A stretch of 64,000 nucleotides of DNA, taken from NCBI RefSeq assembly GCF_006345805.1, contig NC_043018.1:18848001-18912000 (forward strand). The letters run 5' to 3'. The DNA comes from Octopus sinensis (Eukaryota). Under the pieces are notes generated by a model, which saw nothing but the letters and a program-made list of their open reading frames with translations, did not search any database and was not told the origin of the DNA. Below are positions 14,312 through 25,854 of the stretch, in pieces; the stretch's first letter is position 1; each line of letters begins with the position of its first letter. Both the position numbers and the translations under genes were made by a program.

Positions 14312-14600
14312 AAAGCTTCCCCCTCATTATCGAGTATGGCTATTGCACGAAGCTTAACTGTTACTGGTGCTGTGATCGAATGTGACTTTTTAGCCCAGCT
14401 AAAGATCTACAATGTCTTGTACAGAATTGGCAACTAAAACCTTTACTGGTAATAGCCGGCTGTAGTTGTAACTGGGCTTTATGTACCTTTGCATGTCGTT
14501 TAAGTCCTCCTGCTGAATTACACTCTCTTCCACATGCCCGACAGATATGATTAGTATGGTGTGTTACACCACCACCAGTGGCCAGGTTGTCACACATACA
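14310..14600 (-). mobile_element. RTE-clade LINE 3' remnant with two C2H2 fingers
   Basis: CRACGRECNSAGGLKRHAKVH and CQFCTRHCRSLAGLKSHIRSQH, followed by a stop, a short 3' tail and (TA)n. No splice context. Confidence 0.65.
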
Positions 14601-14754
14601 TACATACATATCTGTGTGAGTTAGAGGTTGGGAAACCAACTAAGGGATAGTACCTATCCAATATACTGCTGGTAGTGAACCCAATTATTCATACCCAAGT
14701 GCTAGCTATTGCGTGGCAATCCTGAAACTGAGTGGTTTACCCTTGATTTATATG

Positions 14755-14902
14755 GCAAATAAGAAAGTGGAGAGGATATGAAATCGACAGACATCAGTCG
14801 GTAAACATTCCAGAATATCTAATACATTGGAATAAGAGACATACTGGAATGGTTACCGGCCGATGTCTGTCGATTTTCATATCCTCTCCACTTTCTTATT
14901 TG

Positions 14903-14903
<1 letters not shown>
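14755..14903. repeat. Fold-back hairpin with about 65-bp arms abutting (TA)n
   Basis: gcaaataagaaagtggagaggatatgaaatcgacagacatc pairs with gatgtctgtcgattttcatatcctctccactttcttatttgc. Confidence 0.85.
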
Positions 14904-14938
<35 letters not shown>

Positions 14939-15420
14939 GCACATACACATATAAATGTGTGTACTTGTGTGTGTGTGTGATATATAGCATAGATCAAAAG
15001 AATTGAACTAAATGTAAATATTTGAAAGCCATTTAACTGTGTATAATTTTTTATAAACACATTCAGACTGTATTTTTGATGTATAGCAAAAAAAAAAACA
15101 AAAAAAAAAGAAAAGAAAAGAAAAAAAGGCAGAGTGGAGACTCTCAAGGGACTCATTTCATGGTTCGTTGAGCATTCTTCAGGGTAGACATACCCCAGTC
15201 TTCTTTTCCCAGTGAAAGTACACAATTAACTGGCCACATTCATGGCAGATATAAATCAACCATTCGCAGGAGTGGAAAGATTAATTAAAATATTGGTGTT
15301 TTTGATGGTTTGATCTTAATTAATGTAAGATTCATGTATAATACAGCACACAAGAACTGAAACTTACACGTGCATGTGTGCATATATACACACATATACA
15401 TATATATATAAATCTTTCCC

Positions 15421-15708
15421 AGCGCCACCTTGTCTCCAGCGCCGCCTTGACTGGCTTCCGTGCTGGTGGCACGTTAAAAGCACCAACCGACCGTGGCCGA
15501 TGCCAAACTCCCCTGGCACCTGTACCGGTGGCACGTAAAAAGCACCCACTACACTCGCGGAGTGGTTGGTGTTAGGAAGGGCATCCAGCTGTAGAAACAC
15601 TGCCAGATCAGACTGGAGCCTGGTGCAGCCCCTGGCTCCCAGACCCCGGTCGAACCGTCCAACCCGTGCTAGCGCGGAAAACGGACGTTAAACGATGATG
15701 ATGATGAT
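15421..15708 (+). mobile_element. SINE/non-autonomous retroposon family D (RTE-like ggaagggcatcc motif, (GAT)n tail)
   Basis: gagtggttgg.gttaggaagggcatccagctgtagaaac...ggacgttaaacgatgatg. About 9 copies are in the window. Confidence 0.85.
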
Positions 15709-16155
15709 ATATGGAGTGAAAGCATTTGAAGAGGCCAGGGTAACGCATGCAAAACTCAAAAGAGATTTAAGGAAGACTGTTATGACCAGGAAGGTGAATC
15801 ACAATGACCTTTTTGTGTGCACAATTTGTGACAGACCATGCCTGTCTTTTGCTGGGCTCAAATCTCATTTGCGTACCCATGGAAAACGAACCTCCACCAG
15901 CTATTCTGCCTATATGCCTGTGCACACTTTTCAATGCAATGTATGCCAGGTCTGCAAATTTAACGGAGGCCTCAAAAGACATTTTAAGATCCACAAAGCA
16001 CAGAACTTGGTCCAAATTGGATATGCAGTCTATGTGCGTGTCGTTTCAGAGCATTGTCTAGTTTAAAAAGCCACATCAGATGTCATGATGCTGCTAAGGT
16101 GTAGGTACAGGAGATGGTCAAACTCTACAGAAGGAGTAGACAATTACCATATATG
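15709..16155 (+). mobile_element. RTE-clade LINE 3' remnant with three C2H2 fingers (frameshifted)
   Basis: GVKAFEEAR...KR..RK followed by CTIC..HLRTH and CNVC..HFKIH. After a frameshift near 16020 comes CSLC..HIRCH and a stop. The pattern is typical of RTE/BovB ORF C-termini. Confidence 0.7.
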
Positions 16156-16159
16156 ATAG

Positions 16160-16340
16160 ATCGTTAGCCACTACACACCTTTTTCTCTCTCCTTGTTTTT
16201 TCTGATTCCCTTTCTGTAGAAGAACGTCGACTCGAAACGTAAAAGACTTTTTCTATTCCTGAGAGTTATACTAATACATCTGTTTGTTTTGTACACCACC
16301 TGTCTTCATCTTTTGTTTTTTTTTTGTAAACTCTCCCTAT
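16160..16340 (+). mobile_element. Penelope-like terminal-repeat fragment with a minimal hammerhead-like motif (16210-16245)
   Basis: cttt-CTGTAGA-A-ga...tc-GAAAC-GTA-aaag, followed by (TA)n. Confidence 0.55.
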
Positions 16341-16429
16341 ATATATATATATATATATATTCATATAAACACACACACGTGTGTGTGTGTGTTACATAAC
16401 ATAGATATATAGCCACATAAATGTGCCCA

Positions 16430-16610
16430 TGTAAAAGCACACTCTGTAAAGTGGTTGATGTTAGGAAGAGCATCCAGCTGTAGAAACCATGACATGACTG
16501 ACTGGAGTCTGGTGCAGCTTGCCAGCTCTGGTCAACCCATCCAACCCTGGGCAGCATGGACAACAGATGTTAAAAGATGATGATGATGATGATAATAATG
16601 ATGATAATGA
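16430..16610 (+). mobile_element. Family D retroposon (degenerate)
   Basis: gtggttgatgttaggaagagcatccagctgtagaaac...(GAT)n. Confidence 0.75.
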
Positions 16611-16617
16611 TGAGATA

Positions 16618-17192
16618 TGAGGGTGTTTGGTAAGTAATTGCATTTTACCAGAAAGGATATCAAAACGAATGTAAACTACATTGATCTGAATAGTTTTAAT
16701 CAAGAATGTAATCACCATCGTTTTCCATGACTGCAGCCCAACAGGAAAATAACTTTTCTATGCCACATTCAAAGAAACCCATTTCTTTACCTGAGAAAAA
16801 GTCTGAAAAACCGTTTTCAAATTCCTCTGTTTCTGAATGCTTTGTCTTTTGTAAAATGTTTCAGTAATCAGAACAGATGGCAATTCATAGGTGCTAAGTC
16901 AGGTGAGTTGTGGAGGATTTAGAGAACTTCCCATCCTAATAATCTTATTTTTTCTTGGGTTTGTTTTGAAGAGTGTGACCATGTCTTGTCATGCTGAAGA
17001 ATAACACCTTTCCGTTTTACCAAAGCTGGCCACCTTCGGCATAATTACTCAATTACACAGTCAAGTTGTTGACAATAGACATCTGCATTGATGTTCCTTC
17101 CATGTTCCAGTAGCTCATAATGGATGATACCTTTCCTGTTCCACCAAACACAGAGCAAGGATTTTTGTGGGTGGAGTTCTGGTGTTGGCAGA
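16618..17192 (-). pseudogene. Mariner transposase remnant (C-terminal half plus right TIR)
   Basis: LHPQKSLLCVWWNRKGIIHYELL...INADVYCQQL, GVILQHD, LGWEVL and SPDLAP..CHLF motifs with stops and frameshifts. Ends in a TA + tgagggtg TIR. Confidence 0.88.
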
Positions 17193-17289
17193 ATATATAT
17201 ATATATATATTTATGCAAAATACACATATATTTGTACAAATATACATATATTTATACAAATATACATGTACATATAAATATATATACAA

Positions 17290-17332
<43 letters not shown>

Positions 17333-17335
17333 CAA

Positions 17336-17377
<42 letters not shown>

Positions 17378-17475
17378 GCTCATTATATATGTGTATAAAA
17401 GGTTGAATGTGGATTCGTCCTTTCAAAAAGATTGGTGTAAATTGGTATAGATATGGAAAGTAGTATTAGTATATT

Positions 17476-18029
17476 AAGTGTATGATTAATTTATAGAATG
17501 AAGTTCTACAAATCCAGTCATATTTGTCAGAAATGGAGAAGAGAAGATGTTACAAAGTTGCAAGAAGTTTATTCATGCAAACAATCGTTTCATACATAGA
17601 TATAAATTCATTTTAGAATTTTCAAACATCAAAGTACTCGTCAGTGCAGAAAAATAATAGGAACTTAAAATAAGAGCAGAGAAGTTGGATCTATGACTTT
17701 TATGTTTGTCTGTTCTTATCCATGTGTGATAGTGATGGAAGTCATATCAATTATCATAACTCCCATCACTATCACACATGAATAGGAACAGACAAACATG
17801 AAACTCATAGATCCAATTTCTCTGCTCTTATTTTAAGTTCCTATTATTTTTCTGCACTGACGAGTACTTTGATATTTGCAAATTCTAAAACGAATTTATA
17901 GATATAATTGCACAAAACGATTGTATGCATGAATAAATTTCCTACAACTTTTTAACATCTTATCTCCTCCATTTTTAACAAATATGATTGGATTTGCAGA
18001 ACTTCATTGTATAGATTAATCATCCGCTT
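17476..18029. repeat. Large palindrome with about 275-bp arms, centred near 17751
   Basis: aaagtactcgtcagtgcagaaaaataataggaacttaaaataagagcagaga pairs with tctctgctcttattttaagttcctattatttttctgcactgacgagtacttt. Confidence 0.9.
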
Positions 18030-18044
18030 TATATATATATATGT

Positions 18045-18238
18045 GTACCATTGGCGATTTTTTTTCCTCTGTCTTCCCTTCTCTGGATCTTCCTTCTCCT
18101 ATGTTTCCGACGAAGAGCTCCGCTCGAAACGTTAAACCCTCCTTCTTCCCTTCTTTCCTGAGCGTCCAATAATACTATATTTGTTCCACGTCCTCGCATT
18201 GTTGTGTTTTTTTTGTGCTTTCTTGTTTGGATTAACTA
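18045..18238 (+). mobile_element. Penelope-like terminal-repeat fragment with a minimal hammerhead-like motif (18103-18137)
   Basis: gttt-CCGACGA-A-gagc-tcc-gctc-GAAAC-GTT-aaac, flanked by (TA)n. Confidence 0.6.
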
Positions 18239-18242
18239 TATA

Positions 18243-18306
<64 letters not shown>

Positions 18307-18501
18307 TAAGTATAAATTGAGGATATAATCACTAAAATGATTATATCAGTGGCTAGTGCATAAAAACCACCAAATCAGTAAAATGAATTTTTAAGTATAT
18401 AATATCTACATTTGACATCTACTTTTAGGGTATTGGCCCTCCAGCGCCCTTAATTATAATTATATTTTTATGATTATATACTTATACTCTCTCTATCTCT
18501 A

Positions 18502-18537
<36 letters not shown>

Positions 18538-18739
18538 ACCTCTGACTGGGAGAACCATGTATCTTCTCTAGAGCAAGACACTTGTTTCTGTCCCTCAGTC
18601 ATATTCTAATCTCTCATCATTGGACGCAAGTCCACCTCCTCCAAAGCCCTCTCCCACCTCCTCTTAAACGCTCTTTGTCTTACAAATTATTTGGGGACCC
18701 TACCAGTGCTGGTGCAATGTAAGAAGTGTCCAGTTCACA

Positions 18740-19560
18740 CTGTCAGGTAGTTTCTGATTGGAAGGGCACCCAAATATAAGAATTGTGCCACTGCAGACCT
18801 TGCTGGCACTGGTGCCACGTGAACAGCACTCAGTCCACTCTGCAAGGAAGTCAGCTTTAGGAAGGGCATCCAGCTGGAAAAGCCATGCCAAAACAGACAG
18901 TGAAACATGGGGCAGTTCTTTGGTCCACCAACTCCTGTCAAACTGTCCAACCCATGCCAGCATGGAAAATGGACAGATGATGATGATGATGATGATGACA
19001 AGTATAAAACAAACAACTCTTGCCCTGCCCTGACTTATCTTTGAATTCTCTTGTCTAGCCAAGCCCTGCCCTACCTGACCCTACATTGCACTGCACTCAT
19101 TAACCTCACACAAGGAGACAGTAATTCATATTTCATCAAACTACAAAAGTCATCATCATCATCATCATCATTGTTTAACGTCCGTTTTCCATGCTAGCAT
19201 GGGTTGGACGGTTCAACTGGGGTCTGGGAAGCCAGAAGGCTGCACCAGGCCCAGTCTGATCTGGCAGTCTTTCTACAGCTGGATGCCCTTCCTAACGCCA
19301 ACCATTCTGTGAGTGTAGTGGGTGCTTTTTATGTGCCACCTGCACAGGTGCCAGACGAGGCTGGCAAACGGCCACGATCGGATGGTGCCTTTTACGTACC
19401 ACCGACACGGGGGCCAGACAAGGCTGGCAATGGCCACAATCGGATGGTGCTTTTTACATGCCACCGGCACAGGGGCCAGTCGGGGCGGCATTGGCAATGG
19501 CCACGTTTGGATGGTTCTCTTACGTGCCACCGGCACTGGTATCACAGCTACAATTTCAAT
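18740..19560. mobile_element. Inverted pair of family D retroposons (about 18740-18998 +, 19150-19560 -)
   Basis: Shared ggaagggcatccagctg core on opposite strands with facing (GAT)n/(CAT)n tails. Confidence 0.8.
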
Positions 19561-19657
19561 TGATGTTGAACGATTTCAGTTTTGATTAGTATAAAATAAA
19601 ATTATAAATTATAAAAGTATAAAATAAAATTAAATTTAAAAAACGAGCAGTTCTTAC

Positions 19658-19850
19658 CAGCTCTGTGACGACTGCGTCTTGAAATAATGGTAAGCCAATA
19701 TTTGAGGGGATCTTTCTGGAATCTTGCGGAGTCAAACATGACAGTGCCAGTTGGAGTCAAACTTTTGTTTATGTCAAACTCCATGAGACAAAGTTCATTC
19801 TGTATAAATCCTTGAATAATTGGTACAATCCAGTGCTTTGCCGCTTCATC
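19658..19850 (-). CDS. INPP5F: SAC2/INPP5F-like exon E (193 nt; DEAAKHWIVPIIQGFIQ...WLTIISRRSRHRA(G))
   Basis: Acceptor tttgttgcag| and donor |gtaaga. Contains the Sac motifs W..P.IQGF and ISRRSR.RAG. It ends in phase 1. The following exon, expected to begin .RY..RG, was not found in 1-19657. Confidence 0.94.
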
Positions 19851-20039
19851 CTGCAACAAATGAATTACGAAATAAAGCACCAAGTAACCAAGACAGTTGC
19901 TAGAAGTAACAACCAAATCTAACTAAAATTACAGCCTGCCATCATGAAATGGGAAGGGCAACTTAGATAATGCTGTCCTAAGATAGAATTACCAACAGAA
20001 GATGAGGATGGTTGTAGCCAGAATGCATTTTTAATAACA

Positions 20040-20405
20040 CTTTACCCTTTTATTTCAGTTGTTTGACTGTGTCCATGCTGGAGCACCACCTTTAGTCGAG
20101 CAGATCGACCCCAGGACTTATTCTTTGGAAGCCTAGTACTTATTCTATTGGTCTCTTTTGCCAAACCGCTAAGTTACGGGGACATAAACACACCAGCATC
20201 GGTTGTCAAACATATACACACACTTACATATATACATATATACGACAGGATTCTTTCAGTTTCCATCTGCAAAATCCACTCACAAGGCTTTGGTCGGCCC
20301 AGGGCCATAGCAGAAGACACTCGCCCAAGGTGCAACGCAGTGAGACTGAACCCGGAACCATGTGGTTCGTAAGCAAGCTACTTACCACACAGCCACTCCG
20401 ACGCC
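20040..20405 (-). mobile_element. SINE family A (small internal deletion)
   Basis: Matches family A. Confidence 0.88.
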
Positions 20406-21663
20406 TGTGTAAAATTTTTTTTTTTTGTGTCATCTTTGGTCAGTGAGTGTTATTTCCTATTTGTTTGCTTCTGTCTAGAAATCAAAGGAAATATCAACTA
20501 TTCCCTTTAAACTTTGCTTTTCTGACCTGGACATCAATGTTTTGAAACTGACCAATTTTCCATTACATTTCAGACAGATTCAGTACTGGATTGCTGAAGC
20601 AGAAATATCGTTATAGCAAATATTCTGCTCAATAACCACAGATTTCCTTGTCAGTTGCTTGACCAGTTGAGCATGTCCCTTATTGGCTGACAATATGTGC
20701 ATCTCAGATCATGTGCAGGAGTAGTGGGGGAGCATCTTAGCCATGTGTTGAGAGGAATTCTTTTAGATTTTAATAAATGGAGAAGAGAATTCTAAAGTTG
20801 CAACGAAGGTCCATTCTTCTGATCCCATCACTGATTAGTTTCACCAGAGTATCATTACTGTGCCCCAAGTTAGACCATACTGAGCAGCAGGTTTATTATC
20901 AAAGACATTCCAACCATAACCATCCCATCTTTTTTACTTTCTTTTTTAAGGCACAGTATACCTCAGGTTACATTATCTAATGTGTAGCTCCATTTCCAAA
21001 GTCAGTTAAATATGATTTGTGGTAGATTTAGCTGCTATTTCTAGAAGATTGTGTGACCATATAAACCATGTCCCCTAATTGACTAATGCGTCAATTCAGG
21101 GACACGAAGCCTCCGTTTCCTTCACCAAACGAATATTTTTATTACAATAAAAAATATAACTATTATTGCAGTTAGTTCGCACCACAAGGTGCGAACTAAA
21201 AAAATTTCGATAGATGCAAATGAGGTGTAGGGGTGCTACTCCGTTGTTTTCCGTTAAATCACCACAGGAAAAGAAAATATCCGTAACTTTCGAAACTTCA
21301 AACAAAGTCAATCGGTTTACTCTGGTCCGCGCCTAAAATAATGAGCAGCCAGAGTGATACAAGGGAAGCAACTCTCAATTCAAGTTTCAAGAACATGAGA
21401 ATTGTTTCCCTTGAGTGCCGTACATTTTTTTTTTTTTTCATATTTTTATACAAGATGATTTATTTTCAAATGTATGTATCATGAACGGTAAAACTTAACG
21501 ATGAAACTTTCTTAAAATACACACACACACACCACACACACACAAGGTTTGTATTTGTTAACACTATCATGTCACTGAAGATTGGGTCTTCGGATTAAAC
21601 TGGGTCTAATTTCCGTCCCAGCAGCGATAAAATTTTGTAATTTTCTTTCTTCTTGGATGTTTA

Positions 21664-22198
21664 GGCGTAGGAGTGGCTGTGTGGTAAGTAGCTTGCTTAC
21701 GAACCACATGGTTCCGGGTTCAGTCCCACTGCGTGGCACCTTGGGCAAGTGTCTTCTGCTATAGCCTCGGGCTGACCAATGCCTTGTGAGTGGATTTGGT
21801 AGACGGAAACTGAAAGAAGCCCGTCGTATATATGTATATGTATATATATTTGTGTTTGTGTGTCTGTGTTTGTCCCCCTAGCACTGCTTGACAACCGATG
21901 CTGGTGTGTTTACGTCCCCGTAACTTAGCGGTTCGGCAAAAGAGACCGATAGAATAAGTCTGTTAGTCTGTCTGTATATCTATCTATATGTAATATATAT
22001 AATATATAATATATATGTATATATATATATATATATAGATAGATATATATAGTGGTTTGGCAAAAGAGACCGCTAGAGTAAGTACTAGGCTTACAAAAGA
22101 ATAAGTCTTGGGGTTGATTTGCTCGACTAAAGGCGGTGCTCCAGCATGGCCACAGTCAAATGACTGAAACAAGTAAAAGAGTAAAAGAGAGTAAAGAG
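21664..22198 (+). mobile_element. SINE family A with a duplicated 3' portion
   Basis: Head at 21664. The segment ggcaaaagagaccg..aga.taagt is repeated after a (TA)/(GATA) tract. Confidence 0.88.
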
Positions 22199-22359
22199 TT
22201 TAGTTCCTGAGGTAGAAAGAATTTTGTCAGAACCATATCCGACACAAATCTGATCAAAACTACCTGATATCATCACATTATGATACCTGGGTTGAGTTTC
22301 ATTTTAATATATATTCTCATCGGCATAGCAACAAGAGGGGTAAAAACAGGTTTGATCCC

Positions 22360-22745
22360 AACCACATGGTTCCGGGTTCGGTCCCACAGCGTGACACCTT
22401 GGGCAAGTGTCTTCTACAATAGCTCTGGGCCTACAAAATGCCTCCTGGGTGGATTTGATAGATCGAAACTGAAAGAAGCCCATCGTACATGTGTGTGGGT
22501 GTGTGTGTGTGTGATTTTGTGTTGTCTTAACATTGCATGATAGTCGTAAAGGAGTGTCACTGTCGTACAAGCAGTACCGTTCCTTTCCAATAATTCGCAA
22601 CAAAATTAGATGTGGCCATGTGGGAATGTTACTTTGCATGGAAAAAGAGGAACGGATGGACATCCATTCATAGAAAATCTGCTTCAAATAATCTCCATAC
22701 GACCCATGCAAGCATGGAAATGCAGACACTAGATGATGATGATGA
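22360..22745 (+). mobile_element. Chimeric SINE with a family-A-like head and a family-D-like RTE tail
   Basis: Head accacatggttccgggttc...cttgggcaagtgtc and tail cccatgcaagcatggaaa...(GAT)n. Related copies lie at about 25405-25620 and 57350-57775 (-). Confidence 0.7.
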
Positions 22746-23104
22746 TGGTGGTGGTGGTGGCGGCAGCGACGATGTTGGTGGTGGTGGTGGAGACTGTATA
22801 ACCGTAGCTCTGTATATAGAGTCTGCTTCTTATTGTTGACTGACCTACAGAAATAGCAGACAAATTCTCCAGAAAACCTCATCCAAATGTCTTTTCAAAA
22901 CAAGATAACGAACTGGGGAAAGAGAAGGGATAGTCATGGCTGGGATACCTTTGATCATGTGACTGTTCAAAGGTAACATTGGATTAAACAACGATTACAA
23001 GCTGTATCTGATCTAGAAGATCTAAATTCAAAGGCACTCCAACTATGACCATCATGCAGAGTGTATCTTGGATAACACTATCCAGTGTGACCAGTTTCAA
23101 TATG

Positions 23105-23490
23105 ACAGAATCATTAGCATGCCAGACAAAACGCTTAGCGGTATTTTGTCTGCCACTGCGTTCTGAGTTCAAATTCCGCCGAGGTCAAATTTGCCTTTTA
23201 TCCTTTCGGGGTCGATAAATTAAGTACCAGTCACATGCTGGGGTCGATATAATCAACTTAATCTGTTTATCTGTCCTTGTTTGTCCTCTCTGTGTTTAGC
23301 CCCTTGTTAGTAGTAAAGAAATAGGTATTTCGTCTGTCGCTATGTTCTGAGTTCAAATTCCTCTGAGGTCCACTTTACTTTTCATCCTTTCGGGGTTGAT
23401 AAATTAAGTACCAGTGAAACACTGGGGTCGATGTCATCGACTAGTCCCTTCCCCACAAATTTCATGCCTTGTGCCTTTAGTAGAAAGGAT
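23105..23490 (+). mobile_element. SINE family B tandem dimer
   Basis: Two successive ttctgagttcaaattcc...gtcgataaattaagtaccag units. Confidence 0.85.
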
Positions 23491-23607
23491 GTAATATGAG
23501 GAAAAGTCAGTTGTTATTTCTAGCAGGTTGAGGGACTATGGAGAGTCCCCTTCATTCATTTGGTTGGTTACCCTGCATAACAAGATTTTTGTCCTTGGGT
23601 AGCAACA

Positions 23608-23974
23608 GTTATTTCCTGTTTGATTACTCCTAGAAAGTACGACAAAATGGCTTATATTTCTTCCAAACTTTGCTTTCCTCAAACTTTGTTTCCACTTGGA
23701 CCCCTAGAAATAAACTGAGCTGTTCAACTTATGATCCCTATATTTATACCACTCTCTATGTTGCCAGAACATTCTAGAAATTCTTGAAACTTTTAGAAAG
23801 TTCTCAAAAGTTCTAGGAAATTCTGCTTCAGCAACCGAACACTGAATCTGTCTGAAATGTAATGGAAAAATAGGTCAGTTTCAAAACATTGATGTCCAAG
23901 GTCATGAAAGCAAAGTTTGGAGGGAACAGGGGTCACTTCCTTTCGTTTCTAAATAGAAGCAAACAGGAAATAAC
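23608..23974. mobile_element. TIR-bounded MITE; a partial inverted copy lies at about 20447-20610
   Basis: Ends gttatttcctgtttg / caaacaggaaataac. 23820-23974 is a reverse-complement match to 20447-20610. Confidence 0.65.
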
Positions 23975-24210
23975 ATTTACTGGACCAAAGACAAAAAAAA
24001 AAATTAAAATTTTGTTGCACAGTTTTATATAAATGTGTAAATAAGGGCCATTGGAACCACACCAAAACAGATAATGGAACCTGGTGTGTTCCTGGCTCTG
24101 CCAGCACCTTGCATACCGTCCAACCCATGCCAGCATGGAAAACGGATGTCAAAGGAGAGGGAGGAGGAGGATGTGTGTGTGTGTGTAGAAAACATGTTAA
24201 ATGATGATGA

Positions 24211-24240
<30 letters not shown>

Positions 24241-24244
<4 letters not shown>

Positions 24245-24406
24245 GTGGCTGTGTGGTAAGTAACTTGCTAACCAACCACATGGTTCCGGGTTCAGTCCCA
24301 CTGTGTGGCAACTTGGGCAAGTGTCTTCTGCTATAGCCCCGGGCCGACCAATGCCTTGTGAGTGGATTTGGTAGACGGAAACTGAAAGAAGCCTGTCGTA
24401 TATATG

Positions 24407-24449
<43 letters not shown>

Positions 24450-24658
24450 TTGTATGTCTGTGTTTGTCCCCCTAGCATTGCTTGACAACCGATGCTGGTG
24501 TGTTTACGTCCCCATCACTTAGCAGTTCGGCAAAAGAGACCGATAGAATAAGTACTGGGCTTACAAAGAATAAGTCCCGGGGTCGATTTGCTCGACTAAA
24601 GGCGGTGCTCCAGCATGGCCACAGTCAAATGACTGAAACAAGTAAAAGAGTAAAAGAG
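24241..24658 (+). mobile_element. SINE family A (preceded by a family D fragment at about 24050-24215)
   Basis: Matches family A. Confidence 0.9.
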
Positions 24659-24694
<36 letters not shown>

Positions 24695-24899
24695 AACACA
24701 TGACAGGCTTCCACATAGATTCTGTCTACCAAATTCACTGAGAAGGCTTTAGTCAGCCCAGGTCTACAGTAGAAAACACTTCTCCAAGGCGCCATACTGT
24801 AGGATTCACCCAAAAATCACAGAGTTTCAAAACATCTGAAGAGAGAGAAAGAAATATAAAGAAGCCAAAACATAAGAATCAGGAGAGAATTGGACTTAC

Positions 24900-25079
24900 A
24901 TTAGATTCCAGCAATTCTTTGAGTAAATACTGATTCCAAAAGAAACGTTCATCTGCCTGTTTCCACAGAGGTTCGTCTGCTGGTTTATCATTGGTGTATT
25001 GTCTTTGAATGCTGTTAGTTAGATCGAATGTGAGGCTGTAGTAGAAGGAATTGGACTCGTTGAATAACTTCAGCAATTC
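24900..25079 (-). CDS. INPP5F: SAC2/INPP5F-like exon D (180 nt; ELLKLFNESNSFYYSLTFDLTNSIQRQ...LWKQADERFFWNQYLLKELLESN)
   Basis: Acceptor ttttttaatag| and donor |gtaagt. Contains the hallmark Sac-domain motifs FYYS..DLTNS.QRQ and D.RFFWN. Confidence 0.95.
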
Positions 25080-25164
25080 CTATTAAAAAAAGAAGAAAAA
25101 AAAAACATAAAAGATACCAAAAATAGCAGAAGATTTCCGTTGTTGCTTTTTAAATTTTATTCAC

Positions 25165-25227
<63 letters not shown>

Positions 25228-25854
25228 TGTTTCATCATTATCCTCATCACTTTAATCTCCAGTTTTCTATACTCTTTACTCTTTTCCTTGTTTCAGTCAT
25301 TTTGACTGCGGCCATGCTGGAGCACCGCCTTTAGTCGAGCAAATCGACCCCAGGACTTATTCTTTGTAAGCCTAGTACTTATTCTATTGGATGAAACGCT
25401 TAAGCAGATTCTTATATGGTTGGATGCCTTTCCTTTTACCAACCTTTGCCTTATTTCAACACAAAGAAATGTTTTCCTCAGTCTTTCAGACCCAAACTCT
25501 ATGACAGCTCGACAATATTTACATGGAAGATTGGAAGCAAATCACACTGCTTCTATGAGGAGGAAGTTTGTTCACAACTATTGCATGGCATGAAGATAAA
25601 AAGTCACACACACACACACATTAACAACACCTTATTTAATCCGTGTATTGGTTTTGGGCTTATATTCTGCTATTAGTCAAGCTTCTGTAGTTAGAATTCT
25701 CCATTTTTATACAAATCTAAGTAATTCCAGCTTTTATCGAGTATTTCCTCCACAATGCCCTAAACATGGTTTTACAATTGTCTGGTAGGCACAGTAATAA
25801 TGATGAGTTCAGTTCTTGCCTTTCATGAAGTGACCTGTGATAATCCAGCATCTT

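Noticed and set aside
15695-16066. Host C2H2 zinc-finger gene
   Set aside because: It lacks TGEKP linkers, is frameshifted, starts in a (GAT)n tail and has RTE C-terminal context. It is treated as a LINE remnant.
17855-17895. ctgacgag as a hammerhead core in the large palindrome
   Set aside because: No stem II closed by GAAA follows it.
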